A stretch of DNA of 64,000 nt from Phyllosticta citribraziliensis (Eukaryota). Both the position numbers and the translations under genes were made by a program. How positions within the stretch are numbered: the first letter of the stretch is position 1; each line of letters opens with the position of its first letter. The stretch covers positions 2,108,001-2,172,000 of the forward strand of contig NW_027117338.1 in assembly GCF_038025025.1 (NCBI RefSeq), given 5' to 3'. The notes beneath the pieces were generated by a model. It had not been told where the DNA came from. It ran no database searches and saw only the letters and a list, made by a program, of their open reading frames with translations. Below, one piece after another: positions 62,417 to 64,000 of this stretch.

Positions 62417-63955
62417 TCACAACGCCCTTCCCACCGGTGCACCCCGTTTGCTATTCTTCGGCGAGAGCCTCGGCGGCATCATTCCTGGCGAAGGAGCCCT
62501 CGTCATTTCCGACAATCTTGACCCCTTGGCCACGCCGGCTCCACCCGACAGGTCCAGCTTCTTGTCAAGGTCGGAATGGCTCTGATTGAAGTAAGCTTCG
62601 AAGAACTCGCTGAGGTGCGAGCCATCTGGGCTTCCAATCGGGAGAGATGTCTCGAGCGTGCTGGTGCTGAAGCTGTAGCGACGGCTCTGGGCGCTGGTAC
62701 TACGGGATGAACACTCGTCCGTCATGGTTGTCGTGTGACCTGGGAATGGGAAGCCACGGTCGATGGTGCTGTCGGACAGGTTGCGCGAATGCCGAGAAGA
62801 AGTGCTGCTCTTATCACTCTCGGAGCTATAAAGGGACTGTCTCGTCATGTAGACGTTTGTTGGGAATGTGTAGTTGGGGATTTGAGCATTGGAGGGCTGT
62901 GTCTTGAATTCCGACTCTGTCGAATGACTTTAGCAACCATGGCAAATCTTGAGTCGCTCGAGAAGCTACTCACGAGTAGAGTACTTCTGCGAACCAGCCG
63001 GCGATAGGGACCGAGACTCGTCTTGAGAGCGTTGTGGCACATAGTGGGAGATGATTTTCGACGGCGAAGGAGGCCAGTTGGTGGGAGACGCAGGGTCCGA
63101 CATACTGCTCCCGCCAATGGTAAAGTCAACCGAAACAGCCATCGACTTTGTATTCAAGTCTGATTCGGATCGAAATGGTGCCATTCGCGGTACCCGTTCC
63201 ACAACCGGCTGGTTCGTAGGGTCGTGCATTTTGCGGACCGGAGCCAAGGGATCAGGGGACACTCTGAGGATAGAACTCTGCTGTCCATTGCGGTTGGTTG
63301 CGGGGTAAAAAGTGCTTTCGGGAGCGGCCGGCGATGGGGGCACATCCATGCTCATGTCGACTCCGCCATGGTTCTTCCTGCCATTGAGCTCCGCCTCGGA
63401 CGGCTGCAACTTGAGCGACGACGATTTGTTCCGCAGAATTGAAGGCAAGCTCTTGCCCGAGTCATTCGTCTTAACCCGAGGCAGCTGCGTCACGCTGGCT
63501 GCGGGAGAAATGAGCTTCGGCGTGGAGCTGGTTCCAACCAGAGTGTTGCCGCTGATGGAAGTGTTGCGCGAAGTACATGTCGAGGTCGGGCGGGACTGAG
63601 ACACTCCACCAAAATAGCCCGCTTCCAGCGCGCGGACGCCGAACAGATCCCCCTCGTCCTTGGTCCTTTGGGCGAATGCGAGACGGGGGTTGTCGAGACG
63701 CAATTTCTCCGATTTCTCAATCGACATCTTCTCCAACCTAGTCTCAACATTAGCTGGACACGACTTGAGCACAACTGCATAACAACTGACTTTGATCGAG
63801 TAAACAGCATTTTGATGGCACCGACGACCAGAGTCGCTGCGATCAAAAGACCGAAGACGAAGCTATGTTGTGGGTCAGCTCAGTCAAAGGCAGTGAAGAG
63901 TGGAAAATTGTTACGTGTATTTCCATGCTAAGCCAAGGCTGCTCCAGAAAGACAT
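62417..63955 (-). CDS. Pezizomycotina-type single-TM protein with EGDLFGVRALEAGYFGGVSQS motif and Ser-rich tail; introns 63863-63914, 63738-63790, 62917-62973
   Basis: Splicing gives MSFWSSLGLAWKY T FVFGLLIAATLVVGAIKMLFTRS K LEKMSIEK.... All joins are in frame through to ORF 62417..62848. Confidence 0.8.
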
Positions 63956-64000
63956 GATGAGCAATGTGTCCGTAGGGCTGGAGAAGGGTACAACTTGGAC

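Overview
Gene-dense window from a filamentous ascomycete (Pezizomycotina, Dothideomycete-like by gene and intron style; the taxonomy is inference). I can reconstruct about 25 protein genes, most of them with introns. Housekeeping genes include eIF3L, a nitrilase-family hydrolase, ETF-beta, ArfGAP Gcs1, PDH E1-alpha, Hat1, two tail-to-tail ZIP transporters, a MetX-family serine acyltransferase, Loa1/Vps66, kinesin-14 KlpA/Kar3, Ilv3, Psr1-like phosphatase, Sds22, Tim23, THADA/Trm732 and Erg1. There is also a small secreted CBM52-like protein and an intron-containing tRNA-Val(CAC). Three signals go beyond routine annotation. (1) Two copies of a ~210-bp non-autonomous DNA transposon have CACAGTG/CACAATG (RSS-heptamer/Transib-like) ends, 33-bp internal tandem repeats and clean 4-bp target-site duplications. 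(2) A ~190-nt minus-strand structured RNA candidate near 31.7 kb has a TATA box, a B-box-like motif and an oligo-T end, and I cannot match it to any standard RNA class. (3) A 489-nt fully coding, in-frame intron candidate (exitron) sits in the kinesin-14 tail, and its removal creates a KRPxAWD motif. All calls come from reading the sequence by eye; no searches were run.
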